Virus record (IMG/VR): IMGVR_UViG_3300005613_000002
Location: 62,001-126,000 of that record
Length of the DNA stretch: 64,000 nt
Strand: one strand, 5' to 3'
Below, piece by piece: positions 32,150 to 42,501 of this stretch; position 1 is the first letter of the stretch; each line of letters starts with the position of its first letter. The notes beneath the pieces were generated by a model. That model worked only from the letters and a program-made list of their open reading frames with translations, did no database searches and was not told the DNA's origin. Made by a program: the position numbers and the translations under genes.

Positions 32150-32287
32150 ATGGAAGAAGCTAAAATAATAAAAAAAGTGCTTAAAGAATTAAAAATTCAA
32201 ATTAGTGATGTTAAATCAATTAATATTAAATGGGAAAAAGTTTTAAATGATAGAGCATTTCCGAATATAGAAATAGTTTTAAAATAA
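32150..32287 (+). CDS. Small hypothetical protein (45 aa)
   Basis: Not in the track; MEEAKIIKKVLKELKIQISDVKSINIKWEKVLNDRAFPNIEIVLK, ending at a terminator. Confidence 0.55.
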   Translation: MEEAKIIKKVLKELKIQISDVKSINIKWEKVLNDRAFPNIEIVLK

Positions 32288-32315
32288 AAAGGAGGGTATT
32301 GATACCCTCCTTTTT
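32287..32315. terminator. Bidirectional terminator
   Basis: AAAAGGAGGGTAT-TG-ATACCCTCCTTTT between convergent genes. Confidence 0.85.
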
Positions 32316-32317
32316 AT

Positions 32318-32869
32318 TTAATTCCCTTTTGTTTCATATAAAAATGGAATAACATCCTCTTTTACTGGAACACCAGTGATTCGTTTCCAATATGGTTTGA
32401 ATCCACCAATTGTTTTCTTTGTTTCATCAGTAATATTATTAGCACTTTCAACTTCATAATATCTATTTTTTTCACCACTCATATTATATTCAACAATATC
32501 ACCACGATCAATTTCAATTTTTTTTTCTTCTAATTCTTTAAGATAAACACCGAAACTAATAATACCAGTATCATCACGACTAATCCCACCTTGAGCAGCA
32601 CCATAATATTCTTGTTGCCCATTATCAATATTAACCATTACGCTTATGCGCACTGGTTTCATAAACTTTTTATCTTTAGCTTTTGCTTGACCATATAGTG
32701 AATGAGATTTAGTATCAATTATGTTTATTTTATGAATAATAACTTCCTGTGCATTATCTGTTTGTAAGAAGTTTCGACCATACATAACATCTAAATCAAA
32801 CGAATTATCAGTCATAAATAATCCAAATCTATCATCTTCCAAATTTATTACTTGTTTTTTCTTTCTCAT
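32318..32869 (-). CDS. Head completion/neck protein (gp14-like)
   Basis: SLYGQA..KKF..PV, GDIV...YYEV pattern; in an operon with the gp13-like gene. Confidence 0.6.
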   Translation of the reverse strand: MRKKKQVINLEDDRFGLFMTDNSFDLDVMYGRNFLQTDNAQEVIIHKINIIDTKSHSLYGQAKAKDKKFMKPVRISVMVNIDNGQQEYYGAAQGGISRDDTGIISFGVYLKELEEKKIEIDRGDIVEYNMSGEKNRYYEVESANNITDETKKTIGGFKPYWKRITGVPVKEDVIPFLYETKGN

Positions 32870-33354
32870 TATGAAATTATTTTATACCCATCACTTTCAA
32901 CATTATTTAAATCTTTAATAAAATTTCGATATTGTTTATTTACAGCATTTGGTGGAACATTAGACCTATCAATACCAGTTTCAATATCATTACGAATTCT
33001 TTCATTACATATTTCAGGGTCAACATTGAATATTTTCGCAAATGCATCAAAATCTAATTCAGTGTTTTGTTTAATATAATCTAACATTCGTTTTCTATGA
33101 GAAGAATTAACATTAGTAGCATCAAATATCACACTATTTCCATCATTTATTGCTTTAATTGTTCTTTGAAAAGCAATTGGAAATACATCTTTATTTCTTG
33201 ATTGGTTTGAAACATCACCAGTTAATTCTCTACGAATATCATCAGGCGAAATAATTTCATACCCTAAATCTACAAGAGATTTAATCCATCTGGACTTTCC
33301 ACTTCCAGAAATACCAATAGGAATTATAAATTTTGGTTTAAAATTTTCTATCAT
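32869..33354 (-). CDS. Polynucleotide-kinase-like P-loop kinase (AAA_33)
   Basis: GISGSGKS, SPDDIR, DATN..R and R..VP motifs. Confidence 0.8.
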   Translation of the reverse strand: MIENFKPKFIIPIGISGSGKSRWIKSLVDLGYEIISPDDIRRELTGDVSNQSRNKDVFPIAFQRTIKAINDGNSVIFDATNVNSSHRKRMLDYIKQNTELDFDAFAKIFNVDPEICNERIRNDIETGIDRSNVPPNAVNKQYRNFIKDLNNVESDGYKIIS

Positions 33355-33373
33355 TTCAAATTATTTACATTTA

Positions 33374-34048
33374 TTATCTTTTTCTTTCAACAGGCACACA
33401 GGCTTCACCATTTTCATTTAATAATTTACTTAAATCACTAGCATAAATAAATCCCTCTCCATTCACACCCCAAGTTTCACCCCATGAATTATGTAATCTT
33501 ATTATTGGGTCTGATAACATTTCCCAATGCCAACCATTTCTTTTCCTTACTTGAATTCCATTAGCTAAAATAGCATGACCACCAGCTAATTCACCAGTTG
33601 GATAAATAAACCCATCATCATCAGTATCAAACATTCCACTATACCAATTCACACCTAAAACAATAGGACCGTGATTTGATAACGTATTCATCACATCCTC
33701 AATACCAAATGCCCAACGATATTCACCCATAAACCCAATGCTATTTATTGTTTTAGCACCAGCAATAACACTAGTTCCATCATATTCAGTACCAGCCCAA
33801 GAATCCCATTGTTGAGCAGCATAATAGACAGTTTTTGCTGTATTATTAGTTACTGGTATTTTATATGGTATAGCATTTAATTCATGACTCCAAGCAAACC
33901 CAACACAAGCACCTTCACTTCCTTGGTCTAATAGTTCTTTACATTTCCAAACCTTATTTTTTAATTTTGTTGATGTTAATACTGATGAAATTGGGTAGTT
34001 TCTACTTCTATCATCAAATCTTACTTCTCTATCTAATTTTCTTTTCAT
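33374..34048 (-). CDS. Papain-like (C1) cysteine peptidase
   Basis: DQGSEGACVGF, GGHAI and HNSWG..WG..G catalytic motifs. Confidence 0.85.
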   Translation of the reverse strand: MKRKLDREVRFDDRSRNYPISSVLTSTKLKNKVWKCKELLDQGSEGACVGFAWSHELNAIPYKIPVTNNTAKTVYYAAQQWDSWAGTEYDGTSVIAGAKTINSIGFMGEYRWAFGIEDVMNTLSNHGPIVLGVNWYSGMFDTDDDGFIYPTGELAGGHAILANGIQVRKRNGWHWEMLSDPIIRLHNSWGETWGVNGEGFIYASDLSKLLNENGEACVPVERKR

Positions 34049-34053
34049 ATCTA

Positions 34054-35175
34054 TTAAATTGGTATTATTGGGAACATTGGTGGTTGATAACCACGTTCTT
34101 TATTTACATTTTCAGCAATTTTTGCTCGTTTTTCAGTTAAATTAACTTGACTAATATTATCTAATTGTTCTAATATTTTCTTTTCAGTATCTTCTTTTAA
34201 TTTAGTACCTTCATCAAGTAAATGACGATAATCCATCGTTAATTGCTTTTCAGCAACACCAAGTTCACCAGTATAAAAACCTCTAATTCCACCGATTACC
34301 ATTTTTACTTTAGCAATCAAAAAATCTCTTATTTGTTGACGTGCAACATCATTTAAATTAGACCATTGTAACACTTTTGTTGGTGCATCAGATGGTAGTT
34401 TAACAATATCACTATTTTCTTCTAAACATTTATCTCTATCACCTTCACCATTAATATCATAATACCAATACCAAACCTTTCTACCACTACAATGTTTACC
34501 CCATGATGAACCAATTTCATGACGATCATTTGGCATAGGGTACAAATGTAACATTTTTTCGCCAGTCGCCAAACCTGTTATACGATATGTTAATGTTGAT
34601 TGTAAAACTCTCTGTTTCATTCTTCTGTCTTGTGCAGATAATAAAGTAGAAAATGTTGGTTGAACATATAATGCTGGTCTTCCTAAATATGACATTCCCA
34701 TCATTCCAGCACTCCAAGCATTCAATGCGAATGGGTCAACCAAACCACCATCAATTGGTGGTGGTGTTTCCCATAATACTTCATTAACTTCACGTCCTTT
34801 TGGAATAATATAATGTTGAGTGAATTCAGTAGTAGTAATAAAATCTCGTTTTAATTCCCAACCATAGGCAGATGGTGAATTAGTACCCAAGCCAACTTGT
34901 TTTGAGTAAGCATAAGTGAATGATTCCATGTATTTGTTTGATTTAGTTGTAAAAGCTGAAAGAAAATCACTATTTTCTTTATCTAAACCTTCCAAACCAA
35001 TCCATTGTTGTTGAATTAACCAATCATTTAGTATTGATGAATAATCTTCAACTACCATTTCTAAATATGAATCCATCATTTCATCCTTTAATTCGAAAGG
35101 TCTCAATGGAAAACCTAATTCATGTTTTATTTTTAGGTATAATTTATTTTTATCAACTGTTGTTATTAATGCCAT
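34054..35175 (-). CDS. Neck protein (gp13-like)
   Basis: IKHELGFP...EL..E N-terminus; AKVK..IG.IRG C-terminus; late motif at 35202. Confidence 0.75.
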   Translation of the reverse strand: MALITTVDKNKLYLKIKHELGFPLRPFELKDEMMDSYLEMVVEDYSSILNDWLIQQQWIGLEGLDKENSDFLSAFTTKSNKYMESFTYAYSKQVGLGTNSPSAYGWELKRDFITTTEFTQHYIIPKGREVNEVLWETPPPIDGGLVDPFALNAWSAGMMGMSYLGRPALYVQPTFSTLLSAQDRRMKQRVLQSTLTYRITGLATGEKMLHLYPMPNDRHEIGSSWGKHCSGRKVWYWYYDINGEGDRDKCLEENSDIVKLPSDAPTKVLQWSNLNDVARQQIRDFLIAKVKMVIGGIRGFYTGELGVAEKQLTMDYRHLLDEGTKLKEDTEKKILEQLDNISQVNLTEKRAKIAENVNKERGYQPPMFPIIPI

Positions 35176-35190
35176 AATTTTATATCTTTG
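35160..35190 (+). promoter_or_regulatory. Bacteroidota-type promoter for the helicase operon
   Basis: TTG-N20-TATCTTTG. Confidence 0.65.
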
Positions 35191-35224
35191 TGTTCTTTCT
35201 TATAAATACATTAAGAGTTACATT

Positions 35225-35908
35225 ATGCATACAATTGAATATGAAATAAAATTAAATGACCAAAAAAGACCATATGTTGAGTTATCTGAAAATTATGAGG
35301 ATAAACCAGTAGATAAATTTTTTGCGATTGAATTAGCAACATATTTGATTAAAAATTCATTCAATAATAATTCACATGTTCTTGATGATGAATCAAGAAA
35401 TGAATTAACAAAATCACTTGAATTTTTATTAGATATTGGTGATAAAATGGCTGAAATTGTTTTTGATGATATGAAAGCTCTTGGTGAGTTGGATTTATAT
35501 TTATTTAAAAGTTATCATGTTAAGGTTAAATCACTTGAAGAACGTAATAATATTGATGAATTTGTTGCATATAATGATAAAATATTTGAAAAAAAAGTAG
35601 GGTTAAAAGTATTTGTTGAAGACGAATCAACAATATTTATTTTAGAAAGAAACAACGAGGGTGAATATTGGGAAGAAGTATGTAAACAAGAAATTAACCC
35701 ACCACATTTACAAAACCTAAAAAATAATCCAGATTACTATACCCCAAAAGAATCTGATTTAAAAGTTGGTGATGATATTATTATAGGAACTTATGCTTCA
35801 GATTGTCATGGTAGTCCAACCATTAGATGGTTGGAAACAACAATAGAAGGTTTACCTTTTTCTCAATATTATAGTGGTTATGTTACATGTAGAAAATTAA
35901 TTAAATAA
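35225..35908 (+). CDS. Hypothetical protein
   Basis: 227-aa ORF coupled to the helicase gene. Confidence 0.7.
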   Translation: MHTIEYEIKLNDQKRPYVELSENYEDKPVDKFFAIELATYLIKNSFNNNSHVLDDESRNELTKSLEFLLDIGDKMAEIVFDDMKALGELDLYLFKSYHVKVKSLEERNNIDEFVAYNDKIFEKKVGLKVFVEDESTIFILERNNEGEYWEEVCKQEINPPHLQNLKNNPDYYTPKESDLKVGDDIIIGTYASDCHGSPTIRWLETTIEGLPFSQYYSGYVTCRKLIK

Positions 35909-37392
35909 TGGGTTTTAAATTAACACAAGAACAAATAAGAATTTTTACGTTTGTTGATAAACGACACGAAAATATATTAATTAAAGCATTTGCTGGTACT
36001 GGTAAAACTTCAACTATTGTTGAAGCAGTTAAACTATTACCAAAAGATAAATCTATAATGTTTTTGGCATTTAATAAACATATTAAAGAAGAATTAACAA
36101 CTAAATTACCTGATTATGTTAGATGTTATACCACTTATGGTTTGGGCGTGTCAGCAATTAAACGAAAATATGGTGATAGTATTCAATTTGACGAATTTAA
36201 AATTGATAAAATTATTCAGAAAAAAGCAAAATCTTGGAAATTAGATGAAGAATTTAAAGATGATGAAGAAATATCAATTTATTTAAATTCCATAAAAAAA
36301 TTAGTTAATTTATGTAGATTAACATTAACATTAAAAGCAGATTTTATTCCATATATAGCTGATAGATATGAAATAAAAATTAAGAAGTCAAAAGATATTA
36401 AACGTGTTTTAAAAGTATTAGATACAGCAACAAACGATAGAAAGTTTTTTGATTATACTGATATGATCTATTTACCTGCAATAGATAATTCAATTTGGTT
36501 TTTCCCTCAAGATTATGTGTTTGTTGATGAAGTACAAGATTTAAATCGTTGTCAAATTAAAATAATCGAGAAAATATTAAAACGTGATAGAAAAACAAAA
36601 AAACTTAAAGGTAGATTAATTTCTGTTGGTGATTTTTTTCAGGGGATTTATGGTTTTAATGCTGCTGATGAAAAATCATTTGAATGGTTCGAGAAATTCC
36701 CAAATACTAAAGTATTACCATTATCTGTGTCTTTTAGATGTTCAAAAAATGTTATAAAAAAGGCACAAGAAATAGTACCAAATATTAAAGCAATGGATAA
36801 TGCTCCAGATGGTGATGTTAGAGAGGGTGATGTACTTAATGAAGCAGAAAGTGGTGATTTTGTCGTGTGTAGAACAACTATGCCTTTAGTTAAACTATTT
36901 TTTGAATTTTTATCACAACATAAAAAAGCCGTTATTAAGGGTAGTGATATTGGTGTGCATTTAATTGAATTAATTGGTAAGATCAATAATCTTGATAAAT
37001 TAAAAACATTCTGGGAATCAGAGTTATTTAAATTTAAAGAAGAATTAAAAGCAACAGGTATATTAAACCCAAGTGAACATAGTGGATATGCTGTTCTTGA
37101 AGATAAAGTAATGACTTTATTGTTTTTATCTAAAGTAGCTAACAGTATTGATGATTTAAAACTAAAAATTCGCACTATTTTTACTGATGAAATTGAAGGG
37201 ATTTGTTTAAGTACAGTACATAAGGTAAAAGGACTTGAAGCTGATAGAGTTTTCATTATTAGACCTGATTTATTACCAATGCAGAGTGCTAGAAGTTGGC
37301 AACATATCCAAGAAAAAAATTTAGAGTATGTGGCATATACTCGTGCTAAATTAGAGTTAATATTCGATAAAAATTGGACTGATGAAGGTTAA
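35908..37392 (+). CDS. UvrD/Rep-like superfamily 1 helicase
   Basis: AFAGTGKTST, VDEVQD, VGD.FQGIYGF, SFRC, STVHKVKGLEAD and YVAYTRAK motifs. Confidence 0.9.
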   Translation: MGFKLTQEQIRIFTFVDKRHENILIKAFAGTGKTSTIVEAVKLLPKDKSIMFLAFNKHIKEELTTKLPDYVRCYTTYGLGVSAIKRKYGDSIQFDEFKIDKIIQKKAKSWKLDEEFKDDEEISIYLNSIKKLVNLCRLTLTLKADFIPYIADRYEIKIKKSKDIKRVLKVLDTATNDRKFFDYTDMIYLPAIDNSIWFFPQDYVFVDEVQDLNRCQIKIIEKILKRDRKTKKLKGRLISVGDFFQGIYGFNAADEKSFEWFEKFPNTKVLPLSVSFRCSKNVIKKAQEIVPNIKAMDNAPDGDVREGDVLNEAESGDFVVCRTTMPLVKLFFEFLSQHKKAVIKGSDIGVHLIELIGKINNLDKLKTFWESELFKFKEELKATGILNPSEHSGYAVLEDKVMTLLFLSKVANSIDDLKLKIRTIFTDEIEGICLSTVHKVKGLEADRVFIIRPDLLPMQSARSWQHIQEKNLEYVAYTRAKLELIFDKNWTDEG

Positions 37393-37403
37393 ATATTTTA
37401 ATA

Positions 37404-37691
37404 ATGAAGTGGATAATTAGTGTTAAAGACGATAAATCTAAAAGAATTTCAATTAATTATAACCCAATTGATGAAATTTTAATATTTATTGGACAATGTA
37501 AATTAAGTAATGCTGGTTGGACTGATTTTACTAGTCATTTTATCCCAACTGAGGATATTGGGTTGAAAAAAATTCAGGATATGTTAGTTAGTACACATAA
37601 TAAACTTATTGAAAGATTTGATATATATACTAATCTAAATAATGGATTGAGTATTATTGGTGAAGTTGATTTTTCTATGAATGAGACATAA
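37404..37691 (+). CDS. Hypothetical protein
   Basis: 95-aa ORF. Confidence 0.65.
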   Translation: MKWIISVKDDKSKRISINYNPIDEILIFIGQCKLSNAGWTDFTSHFIPTEDIGLKKIQDMLVSTHNKLIERFDIYTNLNNGLSIIGEVDFSMNET

Positions 37692-37718
37692 AAAAAGTGG
37701 TCAAATTTGACCACTTTT
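37691..37718. terminator. Bidirectional terminator after the capsid gene
   Basis: Palindrome AAAAGTGGTCAAATTTGACCACTTTT. Confidence 0.8.
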
Positions 37719-37743
37719 AATATATATGTTAATCTACTATTGA

Positions 37744-39429
37744 TTACTGTAAGTCACCTATTCCGAATGTTTGAAGTCCATCGCAATAGATACGTCCATA
37801 GTAACGGTTTAATACCATTTTCTTAGCATAACGAGTCATGATACCACGTATTGGTGTGAAATCGAATGGGTTATACATTACAGGTGTTAACTGCATTGGC
37901 ACGTAAGGTGCGTAAATATAACCAGTCTCTAAAATACTTGTTCCTTTATGACCAATAAGCACAGTGTTAGCTGGTGAATAAGGGTCACGATATACTTGAT
38001 ATCTACCACTAAGTGAACCGATTTTCTCAATACCCATGTTGTATTTATCTTGCTCTGGAGAAGCATTAGATACATGGAAGTATTCAAGGTCATCAAATAC
38101 TGCACTAACCTCTGGAGAAACAACTACCCAAGATGCTCCACCACGAAGTGTTGCTTTATGGATTTGTGCTGAAATCTGGTTAATTTTAGTAATCAACGTT
38201 TGATTCCAATCTTTTTGTGTTCCGTAATATGTGTTTGCTTGTCTACGAAGACCATTATAATCCCAACGAGCAGTCCATGCAGCACCTCTACGTAAATCAC
38301 GAAGGATTTCACGGTCAATCTCTGCTGCCATTTGTTCTGATAATAAAGCAGTTAATTCTGCTTCAGCATCAATGTTGTGGAATGCACTAACGTCTTGTGC
38401 TAATTCAGGAGTCCACATAGCTCTCATTTTACGAGTTTCTACTGATACAGTTACTTGGTCAAGTTGGAAAGTTACCTCTGCCATTCTTGAATCTTCTTCC
38501 ATATCAGAATAAGTTCTATATTCGTAATTAAATGTTACACCACTTGTTGCAGCACTTAATGCTTGGTAACCATTTGTTCCTGCATATTGTACATCAACTA
38601 CAAGTGTAATTTTACCTGTTGTATCAACAATTGCTTGTCCATATTTTTGTACTTTAATATTGAACGGAAGTGAAGTTCCAGCAGCAAGTGATTGGTCAGT
38701 AAATCCAGCAGGAGCACTTAATGCTTCATCAGCACTAATTTTTAAACTTGCAAGGAATGATTCAGTATCCATTGGAACACCAGCAGGTCCTACCAATTTA
38801 CCTGTATCAGACACTAAGAATCCAGTAATATATACTTGTGCGAATTTATCGCCAATTTCATAAGCAGTAACAGCAGTTGTAGCACCAGTATGAGTTGTCA
38901 TATCACCTTTTGAACGATCAAATAATGATTCACCTTCTTCAGCATATTCTGTTGCATAGAAAGAATCGTACAATGATTTAGTCTCAAATTGAGTTCTTGA
39001 TGTTTCAGCTTTATCAGCAGAGTTTCCATAAGCACCATTTGGTGATGTGTGTTTATCTCCCGGAGTTGTAGTAGTAGTTGAACTTTCTACTCTAGTACTT
39101 GTTTTTGGGTTGATGTAATACAATTTACCAATTGGTAAGTTTAACGCTTGTACTGATACAATATCATTTGCTAAAAGTTTAGCAAATACCCTACGAATTA
39201 CAGGGAATGCAACAGTTTCAAATTGTCCACTGTTTGATGAATCTGAAGACTCATTAATCATATGAGATAACTGGTTTTCGAATAACTGAGCACAGTTTTC
39301 TTTTACGTTACCTTCTAATCCTTCTAACAAACCAATTTTTTCCCAACGGTTTGTAGTAATTTCTCTTTGTTCACGAAGTTGTTTTAATCCAATATTACCA
39401 ACATCCGCACTTTCCATTAAAAATCCCAT
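37744..39429 (-). CDS. gp23: Major capsid protein (T4 gp23-like)
   Basis: LFENQ, DIVSVQ, RKMRA.WTPELAQD, EIDREI, YIYAPYVP and GIMTRYA motifs. Confidence 0.95.
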   Translation of the reverse strand: MGFLMESADVGNIGLKQLREQREITTNRWEKIGLLEGLEGNVKENCAQLFENQLSHMINESSDSSNSGQFETVAFPVIRRVFAKLLANDIVSVQALNLPIGKLYYINPKTSTRVESSTTTTTPGDKHTSPNGAYGNSADKAETSRTQFETKSLYDSFYATEYAEEGESLFDRSKGDMTTHTGATTAVTAYEIGDKFAQVYITGFLVSDTGKLVGPAGVPMDTESFLASLKISADEALSAPAGFTDQSLAAGTSLPFNIKVQKYGQAIVDTTGKITLVVDVQYAGTNGYQALSAATSGVTFNYEYRTYSDMEEDSRMAEVTFQLDQVTVSVETRKMRAMWTPELAQDVSAFHNIDAEAELTALLSEQMAAEIDREILRDLRRGAAWTARWDYNGLRRQANTYYGTQKDWNQTLITKINQISAQIHKATLRGGASWVVVSPEVSAVFDDLEYFHVSNASPEQDKYNMGIEKIGSLSGRYQVYRDPYSPANTVLIGHKGTSILETGYIYAPYVPMQLTPVMYNPFDFTPIRGIMTRYAKKMVLNRYYGRIYCDGLQTFGIGDLQ

Positions 39430-39453
39430 TTTTTATTTATTTTAAATTTTGTT

Positions 39454-40992
39454 TTAAATTATTTTTTTACCTCTATTTTCTACGTATTCGATAAGTTTTT
39501 TCATTTTATTAATGTGTTCATCATTTTCGTAGGCTTTTGTTTCTACAACTTCATCAAGTTTTTGTTTTGATGATGGTTGAATTGAGGTTGATACTTTTGT
39601 TTCAACACTTTCAGTTATTGTTTTCTTACTATCTTTCATTTCTGAAAGGAATGTTTTGTAAGTTTCTTGTGATTCTGAAATTGTTTCAACTTTTTTAAAT
39701 CCATTGATGATATTAATTTTATCATCTTGAGTTAATGCTAAACTCTCATTTACTAATAGGTTATTCACATGAGCCAAATTAGTATTGAAAATTGCCATCT
39801 CTTTCAATTGGTTACGATACTTTCCAAGTGCATTTTTGTAGCTTTCAACTAATGTTGAAACAGATGTTTTATATTTTTTAGATTCGTTTAATTTTTTTGT
39901 TAATTTTTTGTTTTCTTCAATTAAACTACCTAATTTTACATCAGATTCTTTAAAACGTCTTCGTTCTGTTTCAGCAGTACTTAAATAATCAGTTTTGGGA
40001 ATCACACTTTGTATTCCTTTACCTGCTGAATGTGATACACCATGCGCTTCATCAACTTCATCAGGTGTAGCACCTAAAACTGCGTTAATATCATCATCAG
40101 TAATTTCATCTGTGCTTTCTTCTTCTTCTAAACTAGTCGTTACTCCACCATCAACAGGACTCACCACATCTGTATTAATTTCTTCAGATTCAGTTTGAGC
40201 ACTACCCATGTTTTTTATCATTTCATCTAATTTATTTCTCATGCTAATTAATTCAGAAAACGGGTCACCATTTTGATTTTCAGGTGAACCAATACTTACG
40301 GGTTGAGCACCAGTATTAATTTCTTCGCCCAATTCTTCCATTTGTGTTATTTCTGATTCGATTTCATCAATTGAGATTACGTCATCATCATCAGCATTTT
40401 CCAATGCGCTACCTACACTATTAATATCAAGCTCTGATATATTAAATTCTTCTTTAATATTTGAAATTGGTTTTCCGCTTGTAGGACCTTTAAGTTTCTC
40501 TTTAAATGCGTCACCTTTAGCTGTTTCGCCTTTAGCTTGATTTGGAGTTTCACCTTCAACATCAGCCATAAATCCTTTTTCACGTTCTTCTTCGATAGGT
40601 TGTTTCACTTTTGATTTTTTTTCAAAAGGGTCACTTTTACCAACAGTATTAGTAACTTTAACATCTTCCTTTACTTCTTTTGGTTTTTCTTCGAAGGGTT
40701 CACCATTTCCAACAGTGTCTACGACCTTTACGGTCTCTTTAACTTCCTTTGTCATATCAGATTCTTTTTTTGATTTAGTATCATCCAAATTGGATTCTTT
40801 TGCTTCATCTATTTTTTTATAAGACTCTTTAGCTATATTATTTTTATTTAATTCTTCATTTAATAACTCATTAAACTTTTCAGGAAATTCAGTTGACAAT
40901 TTTTTTAATGCATTTTTATCTGCTGCTTCCTTTATTGCATTATAGTCAGCTAATGCTTCTTTAATTATTGTAGTTTTAATTTCTTTTGCCAT
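39454..40992 (-). CDS. Prohead core/scaffold protein (gp22-like position)
   Basis: Acidic, low-complexity, coiled-coil C-terminus, many I/L-x-E sites; lies between protease and capsid genes. Confidence 0.75.
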   Translation of the reverse strand: MAKEIKTTIIKEALADYNAIKEAADKNALKKLSTEFPEKFNELLNEELNKNNIAKESYKKIDEAKESNLDDTKSKKESDMTKEVKETVKVVDTVGNGEPFEEKPKEVKEDVKVTNTVGKSDPFEKKSKVKQPIEEEREKGFMADVEGETPNQAKGETAKGDAFKEKLKGPTSGKPISNIKEEFNISELDINSVGSALENADDDDVISIDEIESEITQMEELGEEINTGAQPVSIGSPENQNGDPFSELISMRNKLDEMIKNMGSAQTESEEINTDVVSPVDGGVTTSLEEEESTDEITDDDINAVLGATPDEVDEAHGVSHSAGKGIQSVIPKTDYLSTAETERRRFKESDVKLGSLIEENKKLTKKLNESKKYKTSVSTLVESYKNALGKYRNQLKEMAIFNTNLAHVNNLLVNESLALTQDDKINIINGFKKVETISESQETYKTFLSEMKDSKKTITESVETKVSTSIQPSSKQKLDEVVETKAYENDEHINKMKKLIEYVENRGKKII

Positions 40993-41106
40993 GTCGTTAA
41001 ATATCGTATTGTAATAGTTTAATTTAATATAAATACATATTCTTTATAAAAAAGTATGATTTTATGTTAAAAACTTGTTTTTTTAATTTTTTTTATTATG
41101 TAATTT

Positions 41107-41811
41107 TTATAATAATAAAAATTTATCAGTCGCTGTAATTATTTTAGAATCATCTTCTTTAAGATAAATTCCATTCTTATTTTTATATGTTTCACCGAAA
41201 TTTGTCACACCTTTTTCTGCTGGAAATAAGTATGCTCCGGGAGTACTAGGAGTTGCAACTAAATCAAACCCAATTAATTCGAAATCATTTTGAACTAAAT
41301 TTTCACCATTGATTTCTTTAAGAGTACCAACACCACGTGATGATATACCTAACTTAATTTTATTTTGTAAGTATAAAATTATCTTATCACCAATAACTGA
41401 AACGATTCCCATTTTAATAAATCCGGGACTTACAATAATTTTCAATTGTCCATATAAAACATTCTCATGTTCACCATTTCCCCACCAAATTTTAGTAACC
41501 ATGTGAGAAATGTTTTGTAATGAAATAATGCTACTATCTGGATGATCTGCTTCAGATACTGCACTATTGTTATTTACTAATTGTTCATATTCTTGAACTT
41601 GAGCAATTAATACATCTTTAGGGTAAATTCTACCATTTTTATTTTTAACTCCCCATTTTTGTAAAATACAATTAATTAAAACTGGCTTATTTGGTTCTAA
41701 TACAAATGATTCATTTATTAATGTTGGGTTTAAATCTGAATTTATAAATCCAGCATCATGTTCGATTAATATACCAAATCCTTGTTCACCTGATTGTAAT
41801 ATCTTGCTCAT
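41107..41811 (-). CDS. gp21: Prohead protease
   Basis: NKNGRIYP, EADHP, SH, GISSRGVG and DLVATPSTPGA motifs. Confidence 0.92.
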   Translation of the reverse strand: MSKILQSGEQGFGILIEHDAGFINSDLNPTLINESFVLEPNKPVLINCILQKWGVKNKNGRIYPKDVLIAQVQEYEQLVNNNSAVSEADHPDSSIISLQNISHMVTKIWWGNGEHENVLYGQLKIIVSPGFIKMGIVSVIGDKIILYLQNKIKLGISSRGVGTLKEINGENLVQNDFELIGFDLVATPSTPGAYLFPAEKGVTNFGETYKNKNGIYLKEDDSKIITATDKFLLL

Positions 41812-41987
41812 GTTTATTATCTTTCTATATAAATAGTTCGAATTATTGCTTTTTAACTTTTTCTGTTTTAGTTATTTTCTTTTGTGTGTTAATATCTTCA
41901 CTAATACCACTATTGATGAATAACTTAGCCTCTAAAATCATTGATAATTTATCAATGATTGAATTGATTTCATTAAGTTTTTTTAAT

Positions 41988-42416
41988 TTATTCATCATCA
42001 ATACTTTTAACCCCAAATCTTTTTATTATGTTATGAATTTCATTTAGTTTTAACATAATTTTACTCGATTCAACATCAGTTACTTTTTCGTTTAAATCCA
42101 ACAGTTTTGATACACCACCCAATACTTTCAATGTTTCTTTTTCTGATTCGAACCACTGACGACTACGTTCTTCATCACGTTTATTTGAATTAATTCTAAT
42201 CTTTTCAATTTGTTTAATATGTATTTTACTTAATTCATCAATTCTTTTAACATAATTTTTTTCAATTGAAATCCGTTTTTTAGTTGCAGTTTTATTATAC
42301 AACATAAATGAAACCATAACTAAAATTGTTATAATTACAAGCATAACAAATAAATAGATAAATATTTCTTGACAATTTTGGTTTTTTATTAAATCTAAAG
42401 GCGTTGATAAATTCAT
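41988..42416 (-). CDS. Single-TM late protein, holin/antiholin candidate
   Basis: One hydrophobic helix followed by a coiled coil; late-type motif at 42437. Confidence 0.4.
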   Translation of the reverse strand: MNLSTPLDLIKNQNCQEIFIYLFVMLVIITILVMVSFMLYNKTATKKRISIEKNYVKRIDELSKIHIKQIEKIRINSNKRDEERSRQWFESEKETLKVLGGVSKLLDLNEKVTDVESSKIMLKLNEIHNIIKRFGVKSIDDE

Positions 42417-42501
42417 ATGTATATAGTATTATAAGGATAAATAGTTTGAAAACTCTTAATAGTTTTTGATTTTTTACTTATATTGTATTTATATAAAAAA
42501 A

